Assembly: GCA_964016885.1 (NCBI GenBank)
Contig: OZ024740.1
Location: 261,640,001-261,704,000, forward strand
Length of the DNA: 64,000 bases
Reading direction: 5' to 3'
From: Eledone cirrhosa
Taxonomy: Eukaryota
The notes beneath the pieces are model-generated. The model searched no databases. It saw nothing but the letters and a program-made list of their open reading frames with translations, and had not been told where the DNA came from. Every line of letters starts with the position of its first letter. The first letter of the stretch is position 1. This document shows, one piece after another, positions 1-11,918 of this stretch. Position numbers and translations under genes: made by a program.

Positions 1-490
1 TCTGGCTCTCTTGCCAGTTGGTTTTGCCTGTAAAATGTGTCCAGCGATTCTAACCACATGCCCATAACATCAGAGTTGTGATCTCTCAATTCGTAGAAGT
101 AGCAGCTCTACCAGGAGTGACTCTCTGGTCTCTGAGTTATGCACTTTATCGAGTAAAGTTACTCCAAAGACCTTTCGGAGGAATCCCATTTCTGCCGCTT
201 TTATTTGCAATTGTATTCTTTTGGTCATTACTCAAGATTCATGATCCTCGGTAAGAGTTGGCAGAAATACCAGGAAGACAGCGAGTTTGGCTTTTACACC
301 TACCCCCTTCTTCTGGTTGCTGAATGCTGAGGCTGGCGCTTTACTGCATCAACTTTTGCAATTCTTGCACTTAATTCAGCCTCCTGCATTCCATCACTCA
401 TGAACACGGCTCCAAGATACTTGAACTTCTATAACTGCTTCAGTAGAACTCCATTCACATGTATAGAAATTTGAGGGACTTCTGTCCACC
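1..490 (-). mobile_element. RTE-clade LINE fragment (RT C-terminal region), decayed
   Basis: Minus-strand translation gives KFKYLGAVFMSDG...AAEMGFLRKVFGVTLLDKVHN...YGHVVRI, typical of the RTE post-RT region; contains stops. Confidence 0.75.
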
Positions 491-599
491 CGTCCACCAC
501 ACAATGTGTTTGTGTGAATGTATGTGTGTGTAAAAGGAAGGAAAGGGATACACATATATGTCTCTAAAACTTAAAAACAGTGACACACACATGTCTCTA

Positions 600-856
600 A
601 TTTAAGAATAACAGCAACAACATCAACGACACCGTTAGTGGCAGTAGCAACAACAACAGCATCAACAACAACACCAGTAGCAGCAGTAGCGGCAGCAATA
701 ATGGTGCCGCTGAAAAAGGGGCCACTTCTTTCGCAGATGTGGCCCGAAATATAGAGACAGTGCTAGTCACGGAGGATTTCTTCAAAGACCAGCAGCTGCG
801 CACGGTGACTTACCGCACCGTAAGCAAAATGTCACATCGGATGGAGAGAGCCACGT
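600..856 (+). mobile_element. Tx1/L1-like LINE ORF1 N-terminal fragment
   Basis: N/S-rich tract, then SFADVA...QQLRTVTYRTVSKMSHRMER, similar to RRLCTVSYRTINTKSRRVER in the ORF1 at 12774. Confidence 0.6.
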
Positions 857-944
857 ATTATAATAAACATTTTGAAGACCCAATCGCTATAGAATAGAAT
901 ACGTCACGTATTACAATTTGAGATTCTCGATAAAAGCAAGGGAA

Positions 945-987
945 GTAATCTACGCGTTTCATTCTTATTAGAAATCATCAGGACTAC
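945..987 (-). ncRNA. Minimal type I hammerhead ribozyme motif
   Basis: Reverse complement reads gtagtc CTGATGA tttctaataagaat GAAAC gc GTA gattac. Confidence 0.8.
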
Positions 988-1319
988 ATATCCAATGCTT
1001 TTATCGAGAACGACACAGCTAGAGACTTATAGAATACTTAGCTGTGTACAGGAACTGGTTTGAAAGAGCGGTAGCCGGTCCGGCAGCGTGACGTATTCTA
1101 TTCTATAGCGATTGGGTCTTCAAAATGTTTATTATAAACATACAGAATATTTTCGAATATTCTATGTTTGTCTTCACATATATATCGCTATTTCAGAGCA
1201 TTAAATCCAAATTCTAATTTCTGCCGGACCGGCTACCGCTCTTTCAAACCAGTTCCTGTACACAGCTAAGTATTCTATAAGTCTCTAGCTGTGTCGTTCT
1301 CGATAAAAACATTGGATAT

Positions 1320-1362
1320 GTAGTCCTGATGATTTCTAATAAGAATGAAACGCGTAGATTAC
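1320..1362 (+). ncRNA. Minimal type I hammerhead ribozyme motif
   Basis: Stem I gtagtc/gattac; CTGATGA; stem II ttct-aata-agaa; GAAA; palindromic stem III ACGCGT; GUA cleavage triplet ending at 1356. Confidence 0.8.
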
Positions 1363-1631
1363 TTCCCTTGCTTTTATCGAGAATCTCAAATTGTAATACG
1401 TGACGTATTCTATTCTATAGCGATTGGGTCTTCAAAATGTTTATTATAAACATACAGAATATTTTCGAATATTCTATGTTTGTCTTCACATATATATCGC
1501 TATTTCAGAGCATTAAATCCAAATTCTAATTTCTGCCGGACCGGCTACCGCTCTTTCAAACCAGTTCCTGTACACAGCTAAGTATTCTATAAGTCTCTAG
1601 CTGTGTCGTTCTCGATAAAAGCATTGGATAT

Positions 1632-1674
1632 GTAGTCCTGATGATTTCTAATAAGAATGAAACGCGTAGATTAC
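1632..1674 (+). ncRNA. Minimal type I hammerhead ribozyme motif (second tandem copy)
   Basis: Identical to 1320-1362, 312 nt downstream. Confidence 0.8.
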
Positions 1675-2270
1675 TTCCCTTGCTTTTATCGAGAATCTCA
1701 AATTGTAATACGTGACGTATTCTATTCTATAGCGATTGGGTCTTCAAAATGTTTATTATAAACATACAGAATATTTTCGAATATTCTATGTTTGTCTTCA
1801 CATATATATCGCTATTTCAGAGCATTAAATCCAAATATATATATATATATATACTTTATTGTTATCGCTGCTTTTCTCCTGCTCGTCCTCCCCTTCCTCT
1901 CCTTCCCCTCCGACCCTCCCCCTCCTTATTTTAAAACAAACACAGTCACACATATTGTAAATGTTCGTTTTTGTGCGTTTTTCTCTTTCTCTCTATCTGT
2001 TTTAACACGTTATCCTTCTACACAGCGACATAGTCACACAGTCACAGCCACACAGTCACACAATAACAGTCATACAGTCACACAATAACACAGTCATACA
2101 GTCACAGTCTCCAAACACATGCATTCATATGTTCTCTTATTGTTATTTCTTTTTCGGGTTGATGGGGATATTCTGTTATCTTCTGTCTGATAACCTGTTT
2201 ATCTCGCTATCTCTTTTCGCTGTACATCACACCTTTTATTATACATTCTTACTTTATATTAATTTTTACT

Positions 2271-5055
2271 GTTAGCGGTGGACTGGAACGGCATCTTCGT
2301 CGTGTGGGAGCAGCTGATAGGAGCAGGAAGGGTGTGTGTGTGCAAAAACCTCAAGTACTTGATCAGCCAGTTCCAACCGTCTGATAGGTACTGACAAGAT
2401 TTCCCTAATGTGGACCTGGACCAACTGCATAGGGTCATGTAGATCGTATATAGGCAGGATATTCATTAGGACAATAAATAGGAATAGTGTAGGCTGACCA
2501 CTTTTTCGAACAGTCGCATATTTAGATCACATGTATGGATAAGACGCGTAGGTTTTGGACCTGGTTACTGGAAGCTGAACATGTTTCCGGCACGTACAGG
2601 GACTGAGTTAACAATTTAGTTAAGCAAAACTTTACAGAGGGGCTCGTCAACAGCAGGTGGTGGGGAGCTCTCAAATGAGTGATTAGAATAATGTCAATAG
2701 GTTTTAGCTAAGAAGTACCGTTAGAGAAAAATAGAAAGGAGGGGAGCTGGTAGCTAAATTAGATGAGGCTATTTGTAGTGACATTGCAACTAACATGCTA
2801 GAGGCGAGAATAGCATTAGACAATTTCATCAATCCGAAACACGAAAGTTGCATTGTCAGAGCTAAGGCGCGTGCTCTGAGAAGTGAGGGAACGAAAGCTG
2901 TTAAATGGGCCTGCGTGGTAGAGACGCAGTGGGGTAAGAAAACCCCAATTCGGTCTTTGACGGACCAAGACGGCCGCGAGCTGAGCGATTCCAGGTAAAT
3001 GTGTGAGGCCTTTCACCAGCACTTTGCTCGGTTGTTCGGGGGGAGTGGTGGGTCGGAGATGGTGGCAGACTTCAGTCCCTACCACGAGGGCCTGCCACGT
3101 CTCTCGATGGCCGAGAACTTCAGCTGAAGGTCACGATGCCCTAGTCGGCTGCACGAGGCGCAAGTCACCCGGTTTAGCTGGTCTGCCCTACGAACTTTAC
3201 GTAGACATGCCAGACTTGTTCTCCTTTCTCCTCGAAGCGTTTTACTGCAACTGGCAGTAGAATGGGACTATACCCAGTTCTGTGAGTCGGGGCGTAGTGA
3301 CGCTGATGAGGAAAGACGAGAACAAGAGGGATACTTTAGATAATTTCAGGCCCGTAACTATGCTCAAGACTGAGTTGAAGATTTTGGTGAAGGTGTTAGC
3401 GAAGAAGTTGGCGCTTGTCGTTGTGGATTTGGTTAGGGGAGGCGCAAATTTTCGCAACACCGACTAGGTCCATACACGATAATCTCCACCTCATGTGGTA
3501 CATCATAGAGAGGGTAGGGTGTAAACCTGCCATCGCAGGGGCTCTGGTCAATTTAGATCAATCGAAAGATTTTGATAGGGTCGACTACCAATACCTGGAG
3601 ACTGTCCTCAAGGCAGCTGGCTTCAGCCCCGCCTTCAGAGGCTGGATCAATGCAATACACAGTGGCATCTGCTCGGTGATCAAAGTTAATGGCCCCATTT
3701 CGGAACCGGTAAAGTTCCTCGGGGTTTGGTTCGGACCAGACCTCCAGGTGGTTAAGAATGTGGACGAGGTGACGATCATGGTAGCCACTCTCACCCAGAA
3801 ATGGGCGGATAGGAAGCTGTACCTGAAAGGTCGGGTGGAGGTGGTGAACGTGTAAATCACGTCTGTCATCTACTACCACCTGACCATCGTGCCTCACCAA
3901 ATTGGAACAGCTTCTCTTGTGGAGGGGACAGGTTCCATTGGTGAGGCGGTCCATCTGCTTCCAGCACCCTTTACACAGAGGGTTGTGCATGCAATTGCTA
4001 ATGATGCGTAAACATGCTCTGAGGCCGCGGCAGCTCCAGATATTCTGCATAAACGGTGAACAGGTGTGGTCGCCGTTTGTCAGACAGGCCTTTCGGCAGC
4101 TCGTCTCTTTCACTGGGCTGCAGTCCTGGGTCAAGAAGAGACCGAGACTTGGTGACTGGCGTCTGGAATGTTGCTAGAAACTCAGTTTTCTACCAGGTGA
4201 GCAATGCGGTCAGTGGAACCTCAACTCTTGTGTGGATAAGTGGTGGGAAAGTGCAACGACGCACACGGAGAGGCTCTGGTTGTCGACGGAGTCGAAATAA
4301 CCAGTCTGTTCCGGAGGACTTTCCAGTCTGGGACGATGGATAACTTCCAGAAATCCCTCGTTTAGCAGTGATACCGGGGTGCCCTGCCGGTTCGAGATAA
4401 ACTCTACAGGCACGGAAGTGCTGTCAGACGGACCTGCTCGAGATTCGCGCAGAGCGACGAAACCGTTCTGCACGCTCACGTCCAATGTCTGTACATTACG
4501 GATCCGGCTATCGGCCGAGTCCATAGTGAAGATCGGACCGCCGCCTTCTTTTGGCCGGGAAGGGCAAGCATTTTTCCTCTGTCTAGTAGAGGTAGCGAAA
4601 GAGAATGTGTGGTGGACCAGGTTGAAAGGACTGAAGACAGACATTTTTCCCTTCGGCCAACCCCTCATCCACTTTTTCAAGTTTTACTTGGAAAGGAAGG
4701 TTATGGTAAAGAGAGAAGTGCTTCCCCCCAGTACAATTGCTAAATGGTGGCGAATGTGCGAGAATGTCCCGTGTGAATGGGCCAACTTTGAGCGTGCGCC
4801 TGTAGGCTGGTTAATTTGAGGAGGATAGGGTGCCCTTCCTGGGTGCCCTCGAAGCGTGGAGTGTTCAGGATTGGTGGGGTGCTTGAGTCGACTCTGGGTG
4901 GATACCCCCTCCCCCTATAGGGGAATTTTCATTGTATTTTTATTATTTCTTTTATTTTATTTATGTTTTTAACACGTTTTATATGTAAATCCCCACTCTC
5001 CCTGTCTTTTGTATTGTCCCATATATGTCGGCTCTTGTGGCCAACAAAGAAATAA
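2271..5055 (+). mobile_element. Tx1/L1-clade LINE, 5'-truncated ORF2 (EN end, RT, C-terminal domain) plus 3' UTR
   Basis: Fragments GPGYWKLN, SPGLAGLPYELY, NFRPVTMLKTELKILVKVLA, NLDQSKDFDRVD, VWWTRLKGLKT; frameshifts and deletions; ends in an (AAT)n tail. Confidence 0.9.
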
Positions 5056-5064
5056 TAATACTAA

Positions 5065-5445
5065 TAATAATTACTATTTTTTTTACTTGATGTCTCAATC
5101 ATTGATGTTATTGAACCGGAATAATTACCCTAATGAATATCAAGTTGTTATCCACAGACTCAGATATTCAGGACGAATCAGAGCGTCCTTGCCGTTCCAA
5201 GTAAGCTTGCCTTTTGAAATGTTTCAAAACAGGGGGTAGGCTATTAGTCTTTAGCCAGCCTTGGAAACTCTTCGAGATAGTACCCAATCCTCCCATGACG
5301 ATGGGGACAACCTTAATCTCACGACAGTCCCAAATCCTTTTTAATTCCCACTTTAAATCCAGGTATCGGTTAATTTTCTCCTTCTCCTTTTCTTGCACTC
5401 TTGTGTCAAAGAGGGAGACTATATCTACGATCAGGCACGATATAT
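5065..5445 (-). mobile_element. R4/Dong-like LINE 3' fragment (restriction-like endonuclease end)
   Basis: KEKEKINRYLDLKWELKRIW...VVPIVMGGLG; ends in a (TAA/ATT)n tract. Confidence 0.8.
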
Positions 5446-5449
5446 TTTA

Positions 5450-8400
5450 CTTGTTTTTGTTTCTTCTCTCAGCTTCTAACGCTGGATATGTATTACAGTA
5501 TTAGCTGTTCACTACCAGTTAACTGAGGTAACACCCCTTATTTTTCGATTATTTAAACTGTTGCAAGCAATGCTGTTTTTGTAAGTGTTCTATCTGTATT
5601 ATAACCCCTATTTATTTAATGTACTTCTCAAGATCTTAACTCACTATTTCTAAGACTGCAACTATTATTGTATTGCCACCACCTTTTTCAGTGACCATTA
5701 CTGCTCAACCTCCCAAGTTAACCTGTCATATCTATCTATTTTCCCCTTCTTTATCATATACCTTGTCATCAGCTGGAGAGGCTATATCTATGATCTAACA
5801 GTGTTTGCTTTCTTTCTCAATTAATACAATATCTGGTCTCCTATGTTCAATCTCATGGGCACACTGTATCACAAAGTCCCACAGGATCTTTACATTATCA
5901 TTTTCTATAATGCCCTCAGGGTTATGTTCGTACAACCTTTCTGCTCTGTCATATTTATCATAAGGTACCCAATGGACTAGCCTTGCTATGTTGTGATATC
6001 TCTTATATTCCTTCTGCGATAGTGGTATGCATTGACTGGTAATATGTCATATCGTTTCTCCATTCATGCCAGAAATTCTACAGTTATCACTTTCTGCTGT
6101 GTGCTATACTTTATGCTTGATGTTCTTAGTGCTTATTCTTGAGCAGCACAGATTAAGTTTTCTGTTTCCGGTTTTAGATTACTTTTAGCCATCCACAACC
6201 ACCGTTCGTTTCTGTCTGTCCTATCTTCAACATCTCTATGGGATTGTCAATACATTCTTTTTTCTGTCTATCTATTTTCAGTTTAATCCATCTTCAAATG
6301 CTTGTATTGTGTTTTTGTTTTTGCAATCTTCTATTTCACATCCCTGACCTTCTTACTTCCAACAACAGTGGTTCTGTGGAAGTTTTTATGTATCACGCCA
6401 TATTATTTTCTTCTGTTCTAATGCTGTCTTCGCACCCCATCAATCCTCTTCCTTCTCTTTTTCTTGGTACAGACAATCTTTCTCTGTCGTTCTTTGCGTG
6501 AAATACCCCATATCTAGTCACTATCTTTCTTGTCGTTCAGTCTAAACTGTTTAGCTCTTCTACTGTCCATGCTACCCATGTATTGATAGCTACCATCTTA
6601 ATCCGTCCCTTCAGTTTCGATCTGAGAATAAGTCTCAGTCTGCACATGTATTCCACCTTACATTTTTCTTTCATTTCCTCCTGCATTATCTTATCAACTT
6701 CCAATAGCCCTAAGTACATATAATCTTCTTTTTCTATCTGTTTTATAACACCCACTTATGGCAGCACCAACTCCTCAATTCTTTTAATTTTCCCTCTGTT
6801 CAAGATTAATACACCCCACCTTTTTAAACAGAACACCATTCTGATGTCAGCACTACACTGTATGAACGAGGGAACCAAGCTGGGATACATTCTTGTCAGT
6901 GGTATCATGCACAGTACAAACATCATACAATTCTTGATTTCTATTTTTCCTAAATTTTTACCATATGCCGCTCAGTCTTCCACACTTTTCTACTTTTCCT
7001 TAAGAATCGCTCAACATTTGATGCAATACCAAATAAGTTAACACATTCTCTAATCCACAAGTGGGGGAATCATGTCATTTGATTTCCTCTTTGTTCTCTT
7101 CTTAACTATTGTTTTATCTATAAAAAACCGGTCTTAGGTACCTCAGCACTTACACTTGAACCCTTTCTGCCCATCTGACAGGACACCATTTTCTTCGAGA
7201 TGCCCGTTCATTGATTCTGCGATTATTCCAGTCAATAATTTCCACATAAGTAATAGGTACGTTATCGGTCTGTAGTTGTCAACCACATTCCCATTAGTGA
7301 TATAGTTTAAGCACAACATTGTCCTGCCATTCATCAGCCACCCCGGTATCAATTGATCAGCATTTAGCAATGTGTTGAGTTGGTTAGGTATTCGTTGATG
7401 GCATTGACTAAATCTTTTGATCCAGCAGCCTTGTCTAGTCCCGGAGACTTTCAGCTGCTCACCTTTTCTCTGGCTTCCTTCATGTCCCTAGTTGAAATGA
7501 CAAGTTCTGCTTGCCGTGGGCAAACTGTTTAAATCCTTCTGACCATTCAGCTTCCTTGTTATGTTCCTTCTCTTTACTCCAAATGTCACTCCAAAACTTT
7601 TGACTTTCAATGTTATCCGGTATAACCATTTCATCTATTTCTCTGTAAAATCTATTTTGGTTTACTCTGAATAGTCTATTTTGAAGAGATTTCTTTATTA
7701 TTTGTTTATATCTAGCTATCGTTGCTGTTTTTGCTATGAGATGTTGCTTGAGTTCCTCCATTACTACTTTTAGGTCTTTTCTTTCAATGCCATACTTTCT
7801 TTCCAGTGCTCTGTATTGTTTTCATTTCTAAGCTCTCCCTTCTCTTTTCAGACTAAGACAGAAATGTCCTTCAAGAGGGTATCTGTACTGGCCTGTATTC
7901 TTCTTTTCCACCATAGCTCATTTTTTAGGTTTTCCTTATTGTTTTTCTTTGCCATGACATCTACACCCATATTTTCAGCTACAACAATGCTTGCTCACCT
8001 CATCAGGTCATTTGTTTATGTGATGTTATTTGTTTTGATTTATTTCAGAATTTCATTCACCTTATATGTTTTTACGTTCAGCTTGGTCAACCATCTTCAG
8101 GTTGCAAAGATTCTTATTGTGCTTCTGTAACCTTGCTTTTATTCTGTCATATATTGCCTTCTGTTCACCTGCCAGTGTCTTCCATGCCATCTATATTTGT
8201 CTCACCAGACAGACCACCTCTACCCTGTTTCTGTGGGTTACCAGAAATCCCTTCACACATGTCCTCTACTGTAGTTTCCATTTCCTCAGTAAGACCTGTA
8301 TTGTAACCATTTCTTTCACTGCTGTTTCCTGATACTCGTATTTTGATAGCTTCAAATTTCATTTCTGTCAACCTGCACTGTGGCTTGAAACAAGATTCTT

Positions 8401-8700
8401 TCTTTCATTTTTTATGGATTCGTTCATCTACAGGATTTCTCAAGTAGTAACACTTCATGACCACAACATTTACTTGTTTACTCCACCTCCGTCGTGGTTG
8501 ATGGTCCATGGCTAAATAACGACCTGCTAGAACTGGACACGGTACCCCAAGACTGCCGAGCACGATACCTTCGCCATCAAGTTGGGGTATATGACTCAAT
8601 GAACCTGTATATGTCATCACTGTTGTAACTAATTATACTTACCTCCTCCTATCGACTCAGTGGTGCTCTTACTCTTGGATATTTCTACCAAACTTGCACT
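5450..8700 (-). mobile_element. R4/Dong-like RLE-type LINE, near full length, decayed
   Basis: NYRPITYLLLMWKLLTGI, YMYLGLLE, MVAINTW, a CCHC-like knuckle and the RRPDIVLI restriction-like endonuclease motif. Confidence 0.85.
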
Positions 8701-8731
8701 ACAGTATATATATATACATATATTTATATAT

Positions 8732-8778
<47 letters not shown>

Positions 8779-9022
8779 GATCCGAGCAAACATCACGGAC
8801 GCTCTATCTCAAAATTATTTTTGAAAAGCATTAGAAATGCGCAACCGGTAAAACTTAGAACCAAAACTTAATACTAACCAATACTATTACTAATTCTCAC
8901 TTATTCCTAATTAAACTATTTTTCACTGTGAACAATTTGTCAGCATTTTCTATTCCGTTTACCAATATATAATAAGTTGTGTGTTACACCTCTATTCTTT
9001 TAAATATATATATATATATATA

Positions 9023-9790
9023 TTTTCCTATCTTCGGTTTGCTTTTATCCTTCTATGTTGTTTACTTGTTCCCCTCGCCTTACGCGAATTCTGGTCCCAA
9101 TAACTTATTTTAGTTATTGCTCGCACCAACCTGAGGTATCTGATTTTTAAAGCGATGAAATACCAACGATGGTTGGAAAATCCCTGACGAAGGACTATTT
9201 TTATCATATGTAACCCATGTGCAAACCACGCAGTATTCTTCTTTCTTATGTTTTTTATATATATTTACCTCGGCTGCGTTTGTCTGTTTCTCTCTTACTG
9301 CTTCCTCGCTCTCCCTGTTTCTCTCACCTTCTTCCCCCCCCCCCCTCTGTCAGTTACACTTTCTCTCGACTAACCTCTTCCTCACACTTCCACTCACTCA
9401 CTCTGTTTCTCCCCTTCTCACTTCCTCCCGTTTGGCTTGTGTGGGTCTCTTCTTGCTCACATCTCACACACATCGACACGGTCTGTACCTCTCTCGCTCA
9501 TGAAATCCACCCAGTTTATGCTGACTGGACAACCATGTTGCTTGTTTATTTTCCTATCTTCGGTTTGCATTTATCCTTCTATGTTGTTTACTTGTTCCCC
9601 TCGCCTTACGCGAATTCTGGTCCCAATAACTTATTTTAGTTATTGCTCGCACCAACCTGAGGTATCTGATTTTTAATGCGATGAAATACCAACGATGGTT
9701 GGAAAATCACTGACGAAGGACTATTTTTATCATATGTAACCCATGTGCAAACCACGCAGTATTCTTCTTTCTTACGTTTTTTATATATAT
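9023..9790 (+). repeat. About 240-bp direct repeat (period about 526 bp) between (AT)n tracts; possible PLE pseudo-LTR remnant
   Basis: 9023-9260 matches 9549-9790. Confidence 0.75.
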
Positions 9791-9827
9791 ATATATAGAT
9801 ATACATACGTAATACATATATATTCTT

Positions 9828-9905
<78 letters not shown>

Positions 9906-9907
9906 AT

Positions 9908-9999
9908 ACAGTGAAATTCCGTTATAACGAAATACACGGTGTATGAAAAAATTCGTTGCAACGAAAAATTCGTTATAATGGCATTCGTTATAACCTGTA
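9908..9999. mobile_element. Short pogo/Tigger-like MITE remnant
   Basis: TA-CAG...CTG-TA ends with repeated ttcgttataac motifs. Confidence 0.45.
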
Positions 10000-10108
10000 T
10001 ATATATATGAATATATATATATATCTATATATGTTTATCCCGGGTTCTATCGGGGGTAACCACAGTAAGTAAGTTACATAGCAGAGTATAAATATTTAAT
10101 ATTGAAAT

Positions 10109-10159
10109 GGCTTCTACAGGACTAGAACTGTTTCATTCGGGAGAAATCATCAGGAAGCC
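10109..10159 (-). ncRNA. Type I hammerhead ribozyme motif
   Basis: Reverse complement reads ggcttc CTGATGA tttctcccgaat GAAA cag-ttctagtc-ctg TA gaagcc; all three stems pair. Confidence 0.8.
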
Positions 10160-10219
10160 CTGATGATTTCTCCCGAATATATACATATATATATATATAC
10201 ATATATATACATATATATT

Positions 10220-10251
<32 letters not shown>

Positions 10252-10331
10252 CATACATATATATATATACATACATATATATATATACATATATATATAC
10301 ATACATATATATATACACATATATATACATA

Positions 10332-10390
<59 letters not shown>

Positions 10391-10453
10391 GCACACACAC
10401 ACACATATATATATATATACATGTATATATATATCAATAAAAATATAAATATT

Positions 10454-10486
<33 letters not shown>

Positions 10487-10511
10487 ATGTAATGTGAGTT
10501 CTTCGAATATT

Positions 10512-10675
10512 AATAATTGTTTCTACTTTTGGCACAAGGCCAGCAATTACCCAGTGTATTACTGGTACTTTATTTTATAGACCCCGTAAGGATGAAAGGC
10601 AAAGTAAACCTTGGCGGGATTTGAACTCAGAATGGCAGGGGCCGTAACTCTATGCGTCAAAGCATGGCGTCCGAC
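10512..10675 (-). mobile_element. tRNA-type SINE (family A)
   Basis: Reverse complement of the copy at 16958; B-box-like GTTCAAATC; ATT tail. Confidence 0.85.
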
Positions 10676-10860
10676 ACATAGAATTACGGCCCTTGCCATA
10701 TTCGATTCATTTGCAATTATGCAAACAGCCCCTCTTTTAAAGCCATGTCAGTAGAATGAGCCCCCCTTCGTGCTCTTGTGTAAACAGAACTTAAAAAAGA
10801 TTACATTTATTGTATTCAACCATGTAGAGAGATAATTGTTTTGTTTTTTATTATCATTAT

Positions 10861-10924
10861 TGGAAGTATCGGTAGAGGGTCGGACGCCCTGCTTTGACGC
10901 ATAGAGTTACGGCCCTTACCATTC
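10861..10924 (+). mobile_element. SINE family A, 5' half
   Basis: Matches 16958-17020 up to ...ccattc. Confidence 0.85.
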
Positions 10925-10977
10925 ACAGTTGCTTTTTATTTTTGCTCTCGTTCCGTTCGACATACGTTTATTGCAAG

Positions 10978-11710
10978 ATGGCGCCCATGGTTTATTTGGC
11001 TATGAACGTGGGGGGGGGGGGTGTACTGCTAGTTCTCATCTTAGCTACCTATTTCTTCTACCAACACCTACAAAAGACATGGTATGTGCGAGAAAAACAC
11101 AGCTGCTCTTCGTCGGACTGTAATTGTAAATTGTCAGTGTTGCGAGCTGCCAGGAGGCAACTAACACTTCACATTCTCAAGCAGGGTAACAGTGGTTTGA
11201 GCCGAATACAAAACAGCCTGAGTACACAGTTCCATTATTTGGCCCTTGGTCAAGTCCATATATCGAATAAATATGTTCGAAACCCCATGGTTTTTCGTTT
11301 AGAAAATATACCATCTCGTCCGTGGTGGTATGGTGGCCCAAATACTGCAGCAGATAATGACAACCATTTAAGAACATTCCAAAATAATTTGGAAGTCCCA
11401 AGTCAGAACTTTGAGGATATTTCTCAAGAATTCTTTCAGGTTTGGCCGGATAATGGCAAAGTCCCAGGACAGTGGAAAGTGAATAATGATACAGATGAAG
11501 GTCGCTGGTGTGTGTTTCATTTTCTGGACAAGGGACAATGGGTAATAAAAAACACCGCTCTTTGTCCTCGGACAACAATTGTTCTTCAATCGCTGCCCAA
11601 CCTGATTGCTGATACCATGTTTGGCCATGTCTCATTCTCCGTTATGTACCCTGGTACTAACACTTCTGAACATTTTGGTGTTACTAACACAAAGATCCGA
11701 TGTCACATGG
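10978..11710 (+). CDS. ASPHD2: Aspartate beta-hydroxylase domain-containing protein (ASPHD2-like), first coding exon; possibly an orphan duplicate
   Basis: aagATGg start, N-terminal hydrophobic anchor, CSSSDCNC motif, then CPRT...FGHVSFSVMYPGTNTSEHFGVTNTKIRCHMG, recognised against ASPHD2 [38 protein letters not shown] donor at 11710/11711. No downstream exons identified. Confidence 0.85.
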
Positions 11711-11812
11711 GTAAGTTTCAATGGGGTATTTTAATTTAACCTCGGATTTCCTTTCATGTTACTCAGTGTGTATATGGTGCTATAGTTCCAATCGTGAGTC
11801 GCCGTTAAATGT

Positions 11813-11918
11813 GTTAACTTTGCCTTTCATCCTTACAGGGTTGATAAAATAAAGTACCAGTAATGTACTGGTAATTGCTGGCCTTGTGCCTAAAGTAGAA
11901 ACAATTATTATTATTATT
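11813..11918 (+). mobile_element. SINE family A, 3' half
   Basis: gttaactttgcc...gtagaaacaa(tta)n matches 17041-17146. Confidence 0.85.

Larger units (their letters stand above)
857..1836. repeat. 312-bp tandem repeat (about 2.4 units, 1087-1836) preceded by an inverted partial copy (about 860-1086); PLE pseudo-LTR or retrozyme-like
   Basis: cgtgacgtattctattc recurs at about 1087, 1399 and 1711. 860-1086 is the reverse complement of about 1221-1447. Each complete unit contains a hammerhead motif. Confidence 0.9.

Noticed and set aside
10894-10977. 5' extension of the 281-aa ORF, and its read-through at 11711-11739
   Set aside because: The extension starts at TTG inside a SINE; the 3' part lies beyond a consensus splice donor.
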